From: Octopus sinensis
Lineage: Eukaryota
Direction: 5' to 3'
DNA: 64,000 nt
NCBI RefSeq assembly: GCF_006345805.1
Contig: NC_043004.1
Span: forward strand, 62,868,001 to 62,932,000
Under the pieces are notes generated by a model. That model did no database searches. It was not told where the DNA came from and saw only the letters and a program-made list of their open reading frames with translations. Position numbers and translations under genes: made by a program. How positions within the stretch are numbered: position 1 is the stretch's first letter; each line of letters opens with the position of its first letter. Positions 25,265 through 38,704 of the stretch are shown piece by piece.

Positions 25265-26119
25265 TATATATATATACGGGCTTTACCGTAATAGAATTCC
25301 TTACATTCTATGGATGCGTAGTATCATGAAATACGAATATATTCGAGAGAAGTTAAGATGCTGGTAGTTTGATATATCAAGTGAATTGCAATATCGGAAA
25401 GAATTTGATATTACAAACATTGCTCATTGCTATTACGTTCCGTGAAATCCCAATCTTCTTCTTCTACTCTTTCTCCCTCTTCTACTTGCCCTCCTTCTTT
25501 GATTCTTCTCGTCAGACAAATGGTTATTATTACTCTTGTACTTACCGATATTATTTTTATTTGATGAAAATTCATATTATCGTGGAGAGACAGAGACATA
25601 GAGACAGACAGACAGACAAAAAGGGAGAGAGCAATGACTTCCATCAAAGTGACAAACCGTGTGATAGAACAGGCACATGCATCACAGCCATATGTGCGCG
25701 ACATGGTGACCGCATATCAAACTAAACAGCGGATGAACTTGCACGTGAATCCTAGTTAGTATTTTCTTTTCAGATCGAGTGGCCCATTCTGCTCAAGAGG
25801 ACCCAGAAAAATGACTGAAGACAGACTCTTTTTACTTCGGCCTCTCGTTCATGGGCCGTTTCAAATTTCCCTTGGAAAGAAAGATGAGTGTGGATTGAGA
25901 AGTCTATCCGTGTGAGTGGAACTAGCACGATAATGCGCTTGGAGGCAAGTGAATTTGAGAGGGAGAAGGGTGTCCTTCCGGGATACCCACGAAGCTTCGT
26001 GTGGTTCAGCATTGGCGGGGTACCTCAGCCAACTCCAGGTGTTTACCCCACTATTGGGGAACTTCAGTTGCTATATTGTTCTTGTTTGATATTGTTATTC
26101 CTTTAATTGTGTACGCGTG

Positions 26120-26395
26120 TAATACAACACAGTCATTTAAATGTAAATTGTGTAATACAACACAGTCATTTAAACGGATATGTTTTTTTCTAAGAATGTG
26201 TGCAGTACTTGTCATCACAATCTTTTGAATCTCTCTGAGACATGGTCTCCTGGGATCTAATCCAAATGTTTCTGACATCCCTTCTTTATCATACATAGAG
26301 CAGCTACAAAAACAGGCACAGCTTTCGTTCTGAGAAGCCACGTTTTCTGTATCTCAATTCCCAAGTAGTTATATTTACTAACCAAATTCCTTGCC
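26120..26395 (-). mobile_element. Dong/R4-type LINE extra 3' end fragment
   Basis: SKYNYLGIEIQKTWLLRTKAVPVFVAALCMIKKG...STAHILRKK; paralogous to 26490-26720. Confidence 0.75.
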
Positions 26396-26489
26396 GTTCT
26401 AGGGTGACTGAAGGATAAAAGATGTTACAGTATGACTGAAAGCGTGGGGGAAGGGAAGGAACAGGGGCAGTAGCAAAATATCTTTCTGT

Positions 26490-29340
26490 AATACAACACA
26501 GACTTTTAAATGGATAGGGTTTTCCAAAGGATGTTGGCAGTATTTGTCAGCACAATTGCATGGACCACTCTCCGGCATGTTCTCCTGAAATCTTTCCTAG
26601 ATGTTTCTGACATCACTTTTTTATCATACTTTGGGCACCTAGAATAAAAGGAACAGTCGTCGCTTTAAGATCCCACATCTTTTGTATTTCAATTTCTAGG
26701 TCATTTATATTTACTTAATTTCTCAAACTCCTTTACACATATATCTTTATCAGTGGGAATACTCACATGTATTAATCTAAAAGCATTTTATTCCCTGTCT
26801 GTAATAATTATGTCTGGCTGATTATCCTAGTCCGTTCTGTCAGTGTTGACTGGAAAATCCGAGGGGATAGTGACGTTTTTACCTTCAACGGCTGGTTCAC
26901 TATGTTGTGCATTCCAGTAAGCAGGAAAGCAGATTTTGTAATGTTTCCATATTTCCAAATGGAAATAATGTTCTATTCTATCGTTTCGATTTTTGTATTC
27001 GTTTGGTGTCAGCGCAGACACCCCGAGACGTGATGGTCTATTGTTTCATCAAATGTGCCACAGAAATTGCATTTAGTGTTAGAACCGTTTTGAAGAACAT
27101 TAGTCTGATATTTTTTGTAAGCAAGCATTGAAAATGAGCCGGCAATATGAAACCTTCAGTCACTGCTTTCAGTCCTGATATTCTCAGTCACCGTTGGGTT
27201 GTTGCAAGGTCTACATCAGCATTTTACAACACCTGGTTCCACCGCTCCTCAATTTGTTTCTGCCCATTCATGTTTACAGTGTGCTTGATAGGTTGTGCTT
27301 GTTTTGCGATAGTGTTTCCATATTCTTCAGGGTTAATATCAAGTTCTCTTCCGACTTTGCAAAGCTTCTTTGACAATAGAATGTGGTTTTCTGCTGCTTT
27401 CGTGTTTGCACCCAAGCCTCAGTATCTAGTCCTCTGTACTAGATAGGTGTCTGTTCATTGCTATTGTAGAGGTTCTACCTGCATCATTCATCGTCCTCCG
27501 TTACTTCTAGGTAAGTACAGACGACCAAGTCCCTGCTGCCTGCAGCCTACAGTATAACACTATCTGTTCTTTTCAGTTAAATAAACTTTCCTGATTTAGG
27601 TGGTGCATGTTCTTCGATGTTAGTATATTTCTTGCCTTCCTGTCTAGGCGTTAGATCTCTGTAAGATTCCAGTTAATGATGTTAAATCTATATTGGACAA
27701 CTGGAAGAGGCAGGGTGTTAAAGGCTTCCATGCGACTTATTGAGTTGATTTCATTTTTAGTATGCGTCTTATTCTGTATTACTATTTTCTTATTCTTCTT
27801 CTCATAGTAGTTTCCCCCATTCTGTATGCCATGTCTTTCATTTATCCCCATGTATTTATAACTTTCTTGTTAGTCAAACTCCTTGATGATAGCGTTGGTA
27901 TCTAATTTAATGGAAGCTGTTTGCCTATGCTTGCATCTTAAAAAGTTGCTTTGGCAGAATTACCAGGGCCATAATCCATCCCTATATCATTGTTAAACTC
28001 TTTCACTGTTGTTAGCAGCCCTACAAGCTCTTCGTCATTTCTAGCAAACCGCTTCAGATCATCTATATAAAACAGATGTTTTATTGTCGTATTATAAACT
28101 TTGGACCCATACCTGGTGTTATTTAGTTCGTTTGAGAGTGGGATGAGTGCCATGCAAAAAAAGTAATTGGGAGAGTGACTTATTTTGAAAGCTGCCTCGT
28201 TTGATGTTCTTGGTAGTTTGGCTCCACCCATTACTATTGTTTAGAAGGTGACGTGTGTTTCACTTGGGCATGCTACCTTGTAAGAATTTGGAAATTACAG
28301 GTGAGGTGTTATATATCTAAAGGGCCTTGAGTATCCAAGTATGTGGGATACTATAAAACGTATTCCTGTAGTCTATCCATGCCCTACTCAGGTTCTTATT
28401 TTTGCTCCGGCAATTTTTAAAATCATTTTACTCATAAGTAATTGATTTTGCAAACCATAAGAATTCCTTTTACAACCTTTTTGAGCTTGTAAAAGGATAA
28501 ACTTCTGTTTAAGGAAAGCGTATATTCATTCAGTTTGTATGGATGTTTAAGATGTTGCATATAGTGTTCAGACAGGTCTTAAGAACTTCTTTATTATCTG
28601 CCCTTGATAATTTTTCATTGTTTTCCTTTTGGTTATTTGATGACAAGCGTGGATGGCCATCTCTTGGAATATACCTGCTGAGGAGTACTTCCAGCTTCTG
28701 TGTTTCGGGAAGATTTTAACCAGTAGCTGATTTTTTTGCACCCAGTCTGGTTCCTCACAAGCGTTTGCGGCCCTTAGTTCCCCAGTTGACGGATGATCAT
28801 GCGTGTGTTTTGTTTTGTTATCACTGAGATATGATGAGCTTCGTCGTTGACATTAGGCTATGGATCTATCTGTTTAGTGTTAACTTTTCGAGACAACACC
28901 ACTTCCCAGTTCTGTGAATGAAAACATTGCTTGTAACGTAGCGTCCTTAGCTAACAGATCTGTAATTGTCTATTACGTTTTTGGTGGGGTGACAGATTTA
29001 TCTCTCGGCATTGTTTCTTTGCGGTGTTTTTAAACCTATGAATTTTTCACTGTATTTTTTATGGCAGTACAATTTCGTTCTTTGTGAAGTTTTTTCTTTA
29101 AAGGTCCGCTTCCTTCAAGTCTTCCACAGGTTCCGTTTTCTCACTCAACCGATGTTATTATACTAGATTTGTTGTCCATGTTGTTATTCAGCGCAGTACT
29201 CAATCTTGTTATTCAGCGTGGTGCTGAATCTTGTTATTATTATAATTATACGTTTGACTTTTGTTTATTCTTTGTACAATTTCATTCCATCTCAGACTCA
29301 GAGACCCAAAAAACACAGAATAAGTTAGATATTTGAGACG
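26490..29340 (-). mobile_element. Degenerate Dong/R4-type (RLE) non-LTR retrotransposon
   Basis: RT: FFCMALIPLS...HLFYIDDLKRFARNDEELVGLL...DIGMD. Also WLRISGLKAVTEGFI and C-terminal EKLSKYK/DLEIEIQKMWDLKATTVPFILGA. Confidence 0.85.
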
Positions 29341-29569
29341 GTATTATGACTAGGGTACCATGTATTTGGTTTGGCTCAGGTTATTGTTCTAGAGAGTGTC
29401 TGTCAAAACATGAAAAATTAAAAGTTTGATTTAAAGTAATTTGATGATAAGATGATAGTGTAATCTTAAGTTGACAGTAAGAGGTGTTTTCTATTATGTA
29501 CACTCCCTGATAAAATTTACATATTAAAATGCTTTTGTAATTATTATTACACAGATTGTGTTGGAAATC

Positions 29570-30120
29570 CTGGAGTCTTGCTTGCGTAGTGGCTCTGCTG
29601 GCTGCAGCCCACAGTATCATGCAATCTGTTCTTTTCAATTAACTAAAAACTTTCCTGATTATTCTGGCCGGGCTAAGTAGGCAAATCTTTTGCGACATTT
29701 CTACTGATCAGTCTATTCCGATTTCCATTATATTTCTCTTATTGCCTTCTGATATTGTCCCCAACGAACCAGCAATAATTGCCACTGTTTTCTATTTCTG
29801 CATTTTCCATAGCTGAGATATTTCGTACCCCAGAGGATTGTATATATATCTATCTTTTTACTTTCCTTCCTAACTATTTGTGGGTCACACTGGGGCGCAA
29901 CATCAGTTATATAGTTCACGTGGTGCGTAATGTCCAACAACACTTGGTGCAGTCCGTTGTGCTCTTGCACTTGATATGTTTCGATTGGGAAGCCCCATAG
30001 GATTTTGCAGGTCTTCAACCCTGCAAATGTCTATGTGCTCATACTATGTATTGTCTCTCTAGCCCTAACATTTCGCACAGTTTTCAGCGTGGCAATTTTG
30101 TTACCTCATCGTGTTGCCAG
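29570..30120 (-). mobile_element. Second RLE-LINE 3' fragment (restriction-like endonuclease domain)
   Basis: CKILWGFPIET...ITDVAPQCDPQIVRKESKKIDIY...IIAGSLGTI; decayed PD-(D/E)xK context; (TAT)n nearby. Confidence 0.75.
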
Positions 30121-30244
30121 AATTTGTATTGGTTTGGTGCAAGACTAGGGCTTTTGTTTGCGATACGGGCAATGATTTATTATTATTATTATTATTCAGT
30201 CTGTTCGCAAGGTAATTTATAGAAACTTGAACTTAAAAGTATGT

Positions 30245-30277
<33 letters not shown>

Positions 30278-30279
30278 GT

Positions 30280-30320
<41 letters not shown>

Positions 30321-30478
30321 GGATGAATGAATTATCCTTTGTTTACCGTTAACATGGAAAATTCGATAAACAGTTACCATGATAGCAAAATTCAAGCAAG
30401 TAACAAGTATGTAGCGACCTATTCAAAGGTAGAAAGTCCGGGTTAATGTGCAGCAATATGTATAGTATAAGTAAATAA

Positions 30479-30716
30479 ATGGAGTTGAACGCAGAAGCTA
30501 TTCAAATTCTTTTACATTCGACATATGTTTCGAAGATAACATTGGTTTTATTCCAAAGGAATAAACGGTGTAAAATGCAATATTCTCATCAGCTAAGAAA
30601 GAGAACCTATCTCAACAACAAGACATTTTAACAATTTTGATGACTGCATAGAACCAATGTTGTATTCGAAACATATGCCGAAAATAAAAGAATTTGAATA
30701 GTTTCTGCGTTCAACT

Positions 30717-30720
<4 letters not shown>
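30479..30720. mobile_element. MITE-like foldback, ~73-bp TIRs, 242 bp
   Basis: ATGGAGTTGAACGCAGAAGCTATTCAAATTCTTTTA... matches the reverse complement of 30648-30720 with few mismatches. Right end abuts (TA)n. Confidence 0.8.
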
Positions 30721-30764
<44 letters not shown>

Positions 30765-31141
30765 AGGCGCAGCGTGGTTGCATAGTAAGAAGCTTGCTTC
30801 TTAACCACATGTTTCACGATTCAGTCCTACTGCATGGCATCTTCGATAAGTGTCTTCTACTATAGCCTCGGGCCGACCAAAACTTTGTGGGTGGATTTGG
30901 AAGACGGAAACTGAAATAATCCCGTCGTATATATACATATGTGTATATGTCTGTGATTGTTCTCCCACTCACAGTCGCTGTTGGTGTGTTTACGTCCCCG
31001 TAACCTATCAGTTAGGGAAAACGACACCGAGAGATTAAGTACTAAGCATCCAAAGAAAAGTCCTGGGGTCGATTTGTTCGACTAAAGGCAGCGCTCCAAC
31101 ATGTCCGCTGCCAAATAACAGAAACACTTAGAATAAAAGAA
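30765..31141 (+). mobile_element. Family 1 SINE, diverged
   Basis: Same head, body and tail as 12442. Its tail ends ~17 nt from the donor of exon 31158-31529. Confidence 0.85.
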
Positions 31142-31157
31142 TATATATACGTCCTAC

Positions 31158-31529
31158 CTTTCCGAAGAAACTGGAATGGTTCCTTCAATTGTTGTCTTGA
31201 TTTTCGAATCATCAGAATTCATGCATAAAAATGTTTTACAATTGGGACGTTCTCTGTGAATTTTACAAGTCATCATTTCACAATGAATTTCCTTTCCCTG
31301 AAAAGATCTTGAAGGTTTACTGTTACACATTGTATATGAATTAAACTCAGAACTGGATGGTTTTGATGATGTGTCATTTACTTCGAAAACAGTAGCCTTC
31401 TCTTCTTCCCAGTTCTCTTCGGTTTTCACGAAAGATGTACCGTTAATTTCAGGTATATTGAAGTTTTCTTCAGCCAAAATGGATTTGGGTTGCCGCCTTT
31501 GAAAGGGTGTAGTATTTATCAATTGAGAC
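31158..31529 (-). CDS. Host gene exon, cytoplasmic region (372 nt, phase 2-2)
   Basis: tattttag|G TCT CAA...GAA AG|GTAGGA. Open 124-codon frame SQLINTTPFQRRQPK...IPVSSE; phase matches the TM exon donor. Confidence 0.75.
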
Positions 31530-31799
31530 CTAAAATATATATTTTGAATATATTTTCATATTAATTGGGGAATTTAAAGAATATGTATATTTACACAAGC
31601 ACAAGCAACCCCCCACACACACACACACACATACACACACACACATATATTGTAACGTAGTTACTTGTCGCCAATTATTGCTTTATCGCCATTATTTATG
31701 GGGATACTTGTTTACACTATATCCGTGTAGTAACATATAAAACATAAAACGAAGCGGTGTAACAAGAACGTAATATTCCAACAAACTGTCCACGAACTA

Positions 31800-32520
31800 T
31801 TCACAAACCGATAAAAGATATTCTGACAAACTAAAAAAACGACACCGTACGACTTCCTGCAATTTACCCCTACTTTGTCTGGTTTCTCACTCAGACCACT
31901 ACAACTCATAGTCGTTCGGTCAAGTCTATTAACGCAGACGGTGTAGTGACTCTCGTCACATCTTCTCTTTTGAGATTTCGACTTCCGTAAGAAAGGAAAT
32001 TTATTCTTTTTTTCTCTCTTGTTTAAAACACATCTCCCTTTTTGAAATTTTGATTCTGTAGGAAGTTCCGTACCTTTTCCGCTTAGGAATTATTTCTAAA
32101 TATTCAGCTGATTTACGGTTTCTATTACTGCTTCTTCTAGGCTTAATCTCCTGCGGTACTCGCACATCGAATATGTGGTAAAACACTTCCATTGGGATTC
32201 ACATTTTTTTCTTCTGTATGTCTGGTTTTTAAATCATGTCGGTGCCGTTTATGTTCTCACCATTGGCCTTCTATTAAATACATTACGTTTCCAATTCTTT
32301 TAGGCACTACACAATCCTGCCAACTTTCCTTAACCTTCTGGTATACTTTGAAATAGTATTTGTCTCCCATATCAAGATATTTAGTTGAATTTGTTTGTTT
32401 TTTTCTGTATATGCCTTTTCCTTTGGCAACAATTTTTCAAAGATAGATTTAATCTTTCGAGCGAAAATTGGTTCTGAAGGGGTTTTGCCTGAAATGGTAT
32501 TCGGACTGGACATTATTATG
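31800..32520 (-). mobile_element. Highly decayed L1/Tx1-like RT region
   Basis: Remnants such as PNG..MEVFYHIF resemble the PGPDG/EFY RT context; many stops. Confidence 0.3.
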
Positions 32521-33778
32521 TACACATTTAAGAATTGTGGCTGCCAACGTATACACACACACAGACACACACACACATATCCCAATTAATGTAGGTGGCT
32601 GTAAGCAATATGTATAAAAAAAACTATAACCTTCATTATATATGACTGAGGATGTTATAAACAACGACATTGCCAGAAACAAAAAAACTAACCACTCTTA
32701 TATTGCAGGCAAAGCACGTAATTGTGTACATCTATGCCGACAATGAATGTGTACGCATGTATAACAGGGCATATATATTTATATATAATAGATATATATG
32801 AAATAATATAGCAAGGCCGCTTCTTTTTAAAAACACCAACTTTGCTAAAACTAGGAGTCAAAAGACTCTGAAGACACAAAAATTAATACTATATTTTCAC
32901 AGTCATAGTGGGAAAAATAAAGTGAAATAAGGTTAGCGTAATCTCTATACAAAATTGAAAGAAGGAATGTCAGTTAACATGATATCATGATTTCGAATTT
33001 AGTGCCAAAACACGCTTGTTTCTCCTCAGCAAAATCTACTATGAACAAACTTTTATATATCACATCAACCAATGCCTGTATTCGTTTCAGTTCCCAAGCC
33101 ACGCCCAGAGATACGAATTAAGAGAACACAATTTTTTTTTTAAATATATAAAGAATATTCATGAAAGATATTAATGTTAATAGCCTCAAGCTAAAACCGT
33201 AAAGGCAAGATTAATAGATATTTATACAAGAATTATATATAATAATAGCGCATTTTCGAAAAGAACACCTACTTTTCTTAAAATAGGAGTCGAAAGACTC
33301 CGAAGCCACGAAAATTGAATTTATAATTAGGGATAATTGAATTTATAATTAGGGATAACTAAGTGAAATAATTGTGAAGCAATTTTACCTATATGGTTTT
33401 AGCTTGCGGTCACAAACATTAATATCTGTCATGAGTATTAATGTTGTATATATATATATTTTAAAAAACATTTCTATTCATTTAATTTATTTATATCTTG
33501 CCTATATATGTATGTATATATGTAAACATATATATATACATATATGTATGTATGTATGTATGTATGTATATATATATATGTACGTGTGTATGTATATATG
33601 TGTGTATGTATGTATGTATGTATGTATATATGTGCATATGCAAATATATATATATATATATATATATTAATTTTGCATCTACGGTTTTTGCTTGCATCCA
33701 CTAATATTAATATCTCTCATGAGTTTTAATGCTCTTTATATATATATGTGTGTGTGTGTGTGTGTTTGTGTGTGTGCA

Positions 33779-33823
<45 letters not shown>

Positions 33824-34589
33824 GTGTGTGTTTGTGTGTGTATGCATGTATATATATATATATACATATTTAAACATGTATATATGTGTTCGTATTATAT
33901 ATTTATCCTGTTATACATGCATACATGTCAATATATTCATATGCCTCACAATATGATGATATCAAAGAAAATCTAGTTGTGGTGAAAGGGATATTTGCAG
34001 AGAACCCAATATATTCATGACAATTATTAAAAGTTGATTAATTAACCGAATCGATCTTTGTACAAATGTTCAACTCATGCTCCGCTCTACGCAAAGGATA
34101 TCACCTTGTTTAGCAACTCCCTCATGCATTTATTTTTATAAATAGTCTAATTCTAAACCTTTAGTCTTAGTGTATTCCGGTCAAGCATAAATGTATTTAT
34201 CACAGTAACACACTTCCGGAATGTGTTACTCATTTTATATTTTCATTTTATTTTTATTTTTGCGTTCGTTCAAGTATACAGAAACCGCCGAATTCATGTG
34301 TGCTATACGACTAATGATGCTACAAATTTATTCACTTCATTTTTTATTGGATAATTTAGCTTTAGTATTAATTTATATTTCAGGCTCTGCATGTACAATA
34401 TTTTGCACTAATATATATATACTAGAAAATTCCGAATGTTCTTAATAATACTCAAACAGATCTAACTGGCACACCGTCGGCTATGATACACGGTACAGCC
34501 TTTCTGTAAATTAACGTGAGAGTAGCTGAGCACTCTAAAAATACGTTCACCCTTATCGTAACTCTCTGATTAGATTTAGCATAATACAG

Positions 34590-34742
34590 AGTGTGAAAAG
34601 GCTGGAGCTTTTGAAATAGAGGTACTAGCTGGAGCAACGTGAAATGAAATGTCGTGCTCAAGGACATAACGCACCACCGAGAATTGACCTCCTGGCCTTA
34701 GAAACGTAAGCTGAATACCCTAGCCACTAAACCACGCACCTT
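34590..34742 (-). mobile_element. tRNA-SINE head fragment
   Basis: Minus strand GGTGCGTGGTTTAGTGGCTAGGGTATTCAGCT... (box A-like) followed by CCTTGAGCACGACATTTCATTTCAC. Confidence 0.55.
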
Positions 34743-35428
34743 AACGAACACAGATCTAATTAGGTGGTAAACACTTATTTTACCGCACAATGGAACAAAA
34801 AATTGAGCACTACTCTACTATTTCATTTCCACAAATAACCATAAAGTTCCAAGTATATCATTAAAATGGTGATAAAGCTGCTCAATTAGCATGCTCTCTT
34901 GTTGATTGACATGCAAGGGGTTGTATCATTTCTATAAACATTTTAATAAATTGACTGAACATAAAGTTTATTTCAAAATTGCATTCTCTGCCTTACTAAA
35001 ATTCTTTAGGAATTATTAGTAATGATTGCTGTTTGGGAACACCGGATTAACAAAATGCTTCGGTGGTCAGGATCAAATTCTTGTGTACAGAAACTAACGT
35101 ATAATTTTCAAATATGTTCTTGTACAAGTTTTGCATAAAATAAATACCTTTGAAGTAGTTCATTAAAGTTCGTAGACGAGAACAAAATTTTCTGAAATCT
35201 TATAGTATTAAAATGTTAACCCTTCTCAACCTGAAAAATCATAAGGTGGTGGTGGTAATGGCAGTGTTGATGGTGTGTGTCCTGTATTTTATGCTAATGA
35301 TACTAGATATAGTGGTAGTGATGAAAAGGAGAAGGAGGGGAGGAGGAGGAGGAGGAGGAGGGACAGGAGGGAGAGGGCCAGGAGGAGGGTAGGGGAGGAG
35401 GAGGAGGAGGAGGATTTACATAACTTAC

Positions 35429-35568
35429 TTCGCCTTCTTTCTCAGCATGGAATATGAGAGCATCAACATGATGAAGACACCGAAAAATACCACAGATACT
35501 ATGATAATTATAATCCGAGATGGTAAATTCGTATTCACTGCTTCATTTTCAGGGTCAGTCTGTATATT
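35429..35568 (-). CDS. Host gene transmembrane exon (phase 0->2)
   Basis: tattccag|AAT...GCG AA|GTAAGT. Encodes NIQTDPENEAVNTNLPSR-IIIIIVSVVFFGVFIMLMLSYSML-RKKA: ~24-aa hydrophobic helix plus basic stop-transfer. Alternative in-frame acceptor 9 nt downstream. Confidence 0.85.
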
Positions 35569-35784
35569 CTGGAATATATGTTATATAAAATAGCAATGCA
35601 TACATTATGTATGACATACATGTATTTGTACAAATAATACTGATTTAAGCTTTAAATGACCCAACTGTCTCTTGGTATATTTTCCTCAAGTTGTTGATAC
35701 ACTGTTTGAGACTTTCAAATTACTTAAGTTCTAAGATTTACAAAACCTCAAAAACATGTTTATATGATAATTACTTACGTGGAT

Positions 35785-35819
<35 letters not shown>

Positions 35820-35834
35820 GTATATATATATAAT

Positions 35835-36000
35835 ACGACGGGCTTCTTTCAGTTTCCTTCTACCAAATACACTGACAATGCTTTGGTCGGGCCGAGGCTA
35901 TAGTAGAAGACACTTGCCCAAGGAGCCACTCAGTGGGACTGAAAGCGGAACTATGTGGTTAGTTAGCAAGCTACTTGCCACACACCCACTCCTGTACCTA
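35835..36000 (-). mobile_element. Family 1 SINE 5' half
   Basis: Reverse complement of the head and body of 12442, ending at (TA)n. Confidence 0.85.
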
Positions 36001-36141
36001 TAGCCACTCCTGCGACCCGAGGTTGTTTAATTGTGAATAGGAGAATATATTAATCAATGTAATTCCAGCATAATCTGGTTTTGCCGTTTTATTATTTAGA
36101 GATTGACAATATCATAAAAATAGAATATTATATATTTATCT

Positions 36142-36297
<156 letters not shown>

Positions 36298-36939
36298 GCA
36301 ATTGTGTTCCACAATTGGCAACTATACTGAAATGATTAAATTTGCCCTTTATCTAACTTCCGATAGGCTGAATTGACGAACTGTATTTTGACCTATAAGT
36401 AAGTGGCTTAGACGCCACGGTATAGTTAGTGCACCAATTTGGTTGGCATATATCCTGCATTCTTCGCCTAAATACATTTGTCAGTTGGTGTGCGGCTTAG
36501 ATGTTTGGTGGGAACGTCAGAGATACTTTACTATGAATGCTTCTAAAGAAATCATTGTTTGGCTATTTGTAGGAATTTGGTAAACAACGTTCCCGTTTTC
36601 ATTGAATTCTGTTGCTATTATTTCTACACTTTTCGAGAAATTTTACACTTCAATCAAGTTAATGTTGATATGGTTATCATTACTTCTATCATCACAATCA
36701 CCTTTATTGATGTTGTTAGTTGTGGTGGTGGTAGTGGTGATTGTAGTAATATCAGTAGTACATATTATTATCATTATTATTATTATTATTAATATTATTA
36801 TTTTTTTTTTTCCCTTCTTTCTTCAAATTTTCTTCCGTTTCTCGCCGAGTGTTTTCCGCACACCTAGGGCAGAGAAGCTCATTGTATGCATTCCCAGATT
36901 ACACACGCAAATTCACAGACACAACATGTATTTAAAACG

Positions 36940-37285
36940 TAATAAATAGATAAATAAATTCATGAATGGATGTTGTTTTCATAGCGATAATGCTCTTCTC
37001 AGTATATGAGCCGTTCCAGTTAATACGATTTTTTGCTAAGACTCTACACCCTGAGATTAGGTGGTCTATAGTTTCAATCTCATCGTTACAGAATCGGCAT
37101 TTGGGGTCAGCTTCATTTCTTATCACATTGGTTGGTAGTTCCGGGTTAATAGGCTTTGGTTTTAAGCAGCTAATATGAAACCTTCACTCTCTGCTTTTAG
37201 CCCTGAGTTTCGTAACCATTGGTGCGTGTGTTTCTGGTCGACATCAGCTTGTTTGCTACGGGCCACATACTTGCCATGCAGACGT
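36940..37285 (-). mobile_element. Dong/R4 LINE internal fragment (CCHC region) next to (TAA)n
   Basis: WLRNSGLKAESEGFILAA...DPKCRFCNDEIETIDHLISGCRVLAK; (TAT)n/(CAT)n at 37285-37440. Confidence 0.85.
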
Positions 37286-37301
37286 TTTTGTTCCCATCTG
37301 C

Positions 37302-37404
<103 letters not shown>

Positions 37405-37560
37405 TATTATTATTATCATCATCATCATCATCATCATCATTACATCTTTCAATATAACAATAATTATTATCATTATTGTCCATTTAATAGGAGTTTCCTA
37501 GTAAAATGTACATGTGAGTGGTTGTTCACTCTACAAACACGCGTGATCTTAACGTTATCT

Positions 37561-38509
37561 AGTGTATGACCGAATTGGGTAGAAGACTTAAAACAAATCT
37601 CTGTATGTATGTGTATGAGCGCGCGTGTCTTTTAGTCTTTGTTTACTTATACACATCAACAAGTGAGCCAATTGAACAACTATGTGTGATTGTTCAAGTT
37701 ACTAGAAAAAAAACGCCAAATCTCTCTCATATTATGCTCTTGTTAGTACTAAGGAAAGGGAAAAATAGAGTTATTTCTTTTGTTTCTGTGCTGCTCTATG
37801 ATTTTTTTTTTTGTAAATGCGTTTGCCCATTACTTGATACAAGAAAATAGAAATTGGAAAAATCATGTTCAAAACAGAAATTCTAACTTAACAAAGAATA
37901 TAGAAAAAGAAGGAAAAGGTTGTATTAGAAAGCCAAAACATGTGTTTAGCCTAAAATGTAATTCTATAATTAAATCAGACTCAAAATTAAAATTTCGGAA
38001 CATAAGACTTACCATGTTATCTTGTGTATGACCGATTTCAAATGGGTAGAAGACCTAAAACAAATCTGCGCGCGCGTGTGTGTCTTTGGGTCTTTAATAG
38101 ACAGCAGATCAGTTTCATTTCAATCGTAGAAAGGAGTTCAAATACCTATTAGCCACTCCGACAAGACAGTTTCATGCCATCATCTCTCTCTGTCTTTTTC
38201 TCTCTCGGTCTCTGTCTTTCTTTATCACTTCCTCTCTCTCTCTTGCTCGTCACATGCGTTAAATTTAAGTATCTTAATGTTCTCATTAAGGTCGTTGCTG
38301 CTTCGGTGGCCCAGTAGGCATGGTTTTGAGACGTTTTAATTCAAAACATACGTGATGGTTTCCAATCTCTTCAAGAAATTACATGCGATCTAGCTGAAAA
38401 TTTTCATTTAACAAAATTCCTTTCGGGAATTTCTTTCTCTTCAGCGTGAAACATGCCTCACGTACGTACAAAAACCAATTGGCGCACAAATACGTTTGAT
38501 ATGTATGTA

Positions 38510-38576
<67 letters not shown>

Positions 38577-38648
38577 CTAGTATATGGCCGAATTCAATTG
38601 GCTAGAAGACTTAAAACAAATCTCTGTATGTGTGTGTATGAGCGCGAT
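37561..38648 (+). repeat. Three dispersed copies of a ~65-70-bp unit
   Basis: GT(G/A)TATG(A/G)CCGA..TGG(G/C)TAGAAGAC(T/C)TAAAACAAATCT at ~37561, ~38025 and ~38578. Confidence 0.8.
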
Positions 38649-38704
38649 GGGTTTTTTTACTGCGATGGTTTTTTTTAAGCAGCATCGATTCTTGCATTTC
38701 TGTG

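Noticed and set aside
25770-26106. Overlapping short ORFs in a GC-richer block
   Set aside because: No motif recognised; likely LINE-adjacent UTR or an unclassified repeat.
37561-38648. CRISPR-like repeat-spacer array
   Set aside because: Spacers are ~400-500 bp, repeats are divergent, the context is eukaryotic and no cas genes are present.
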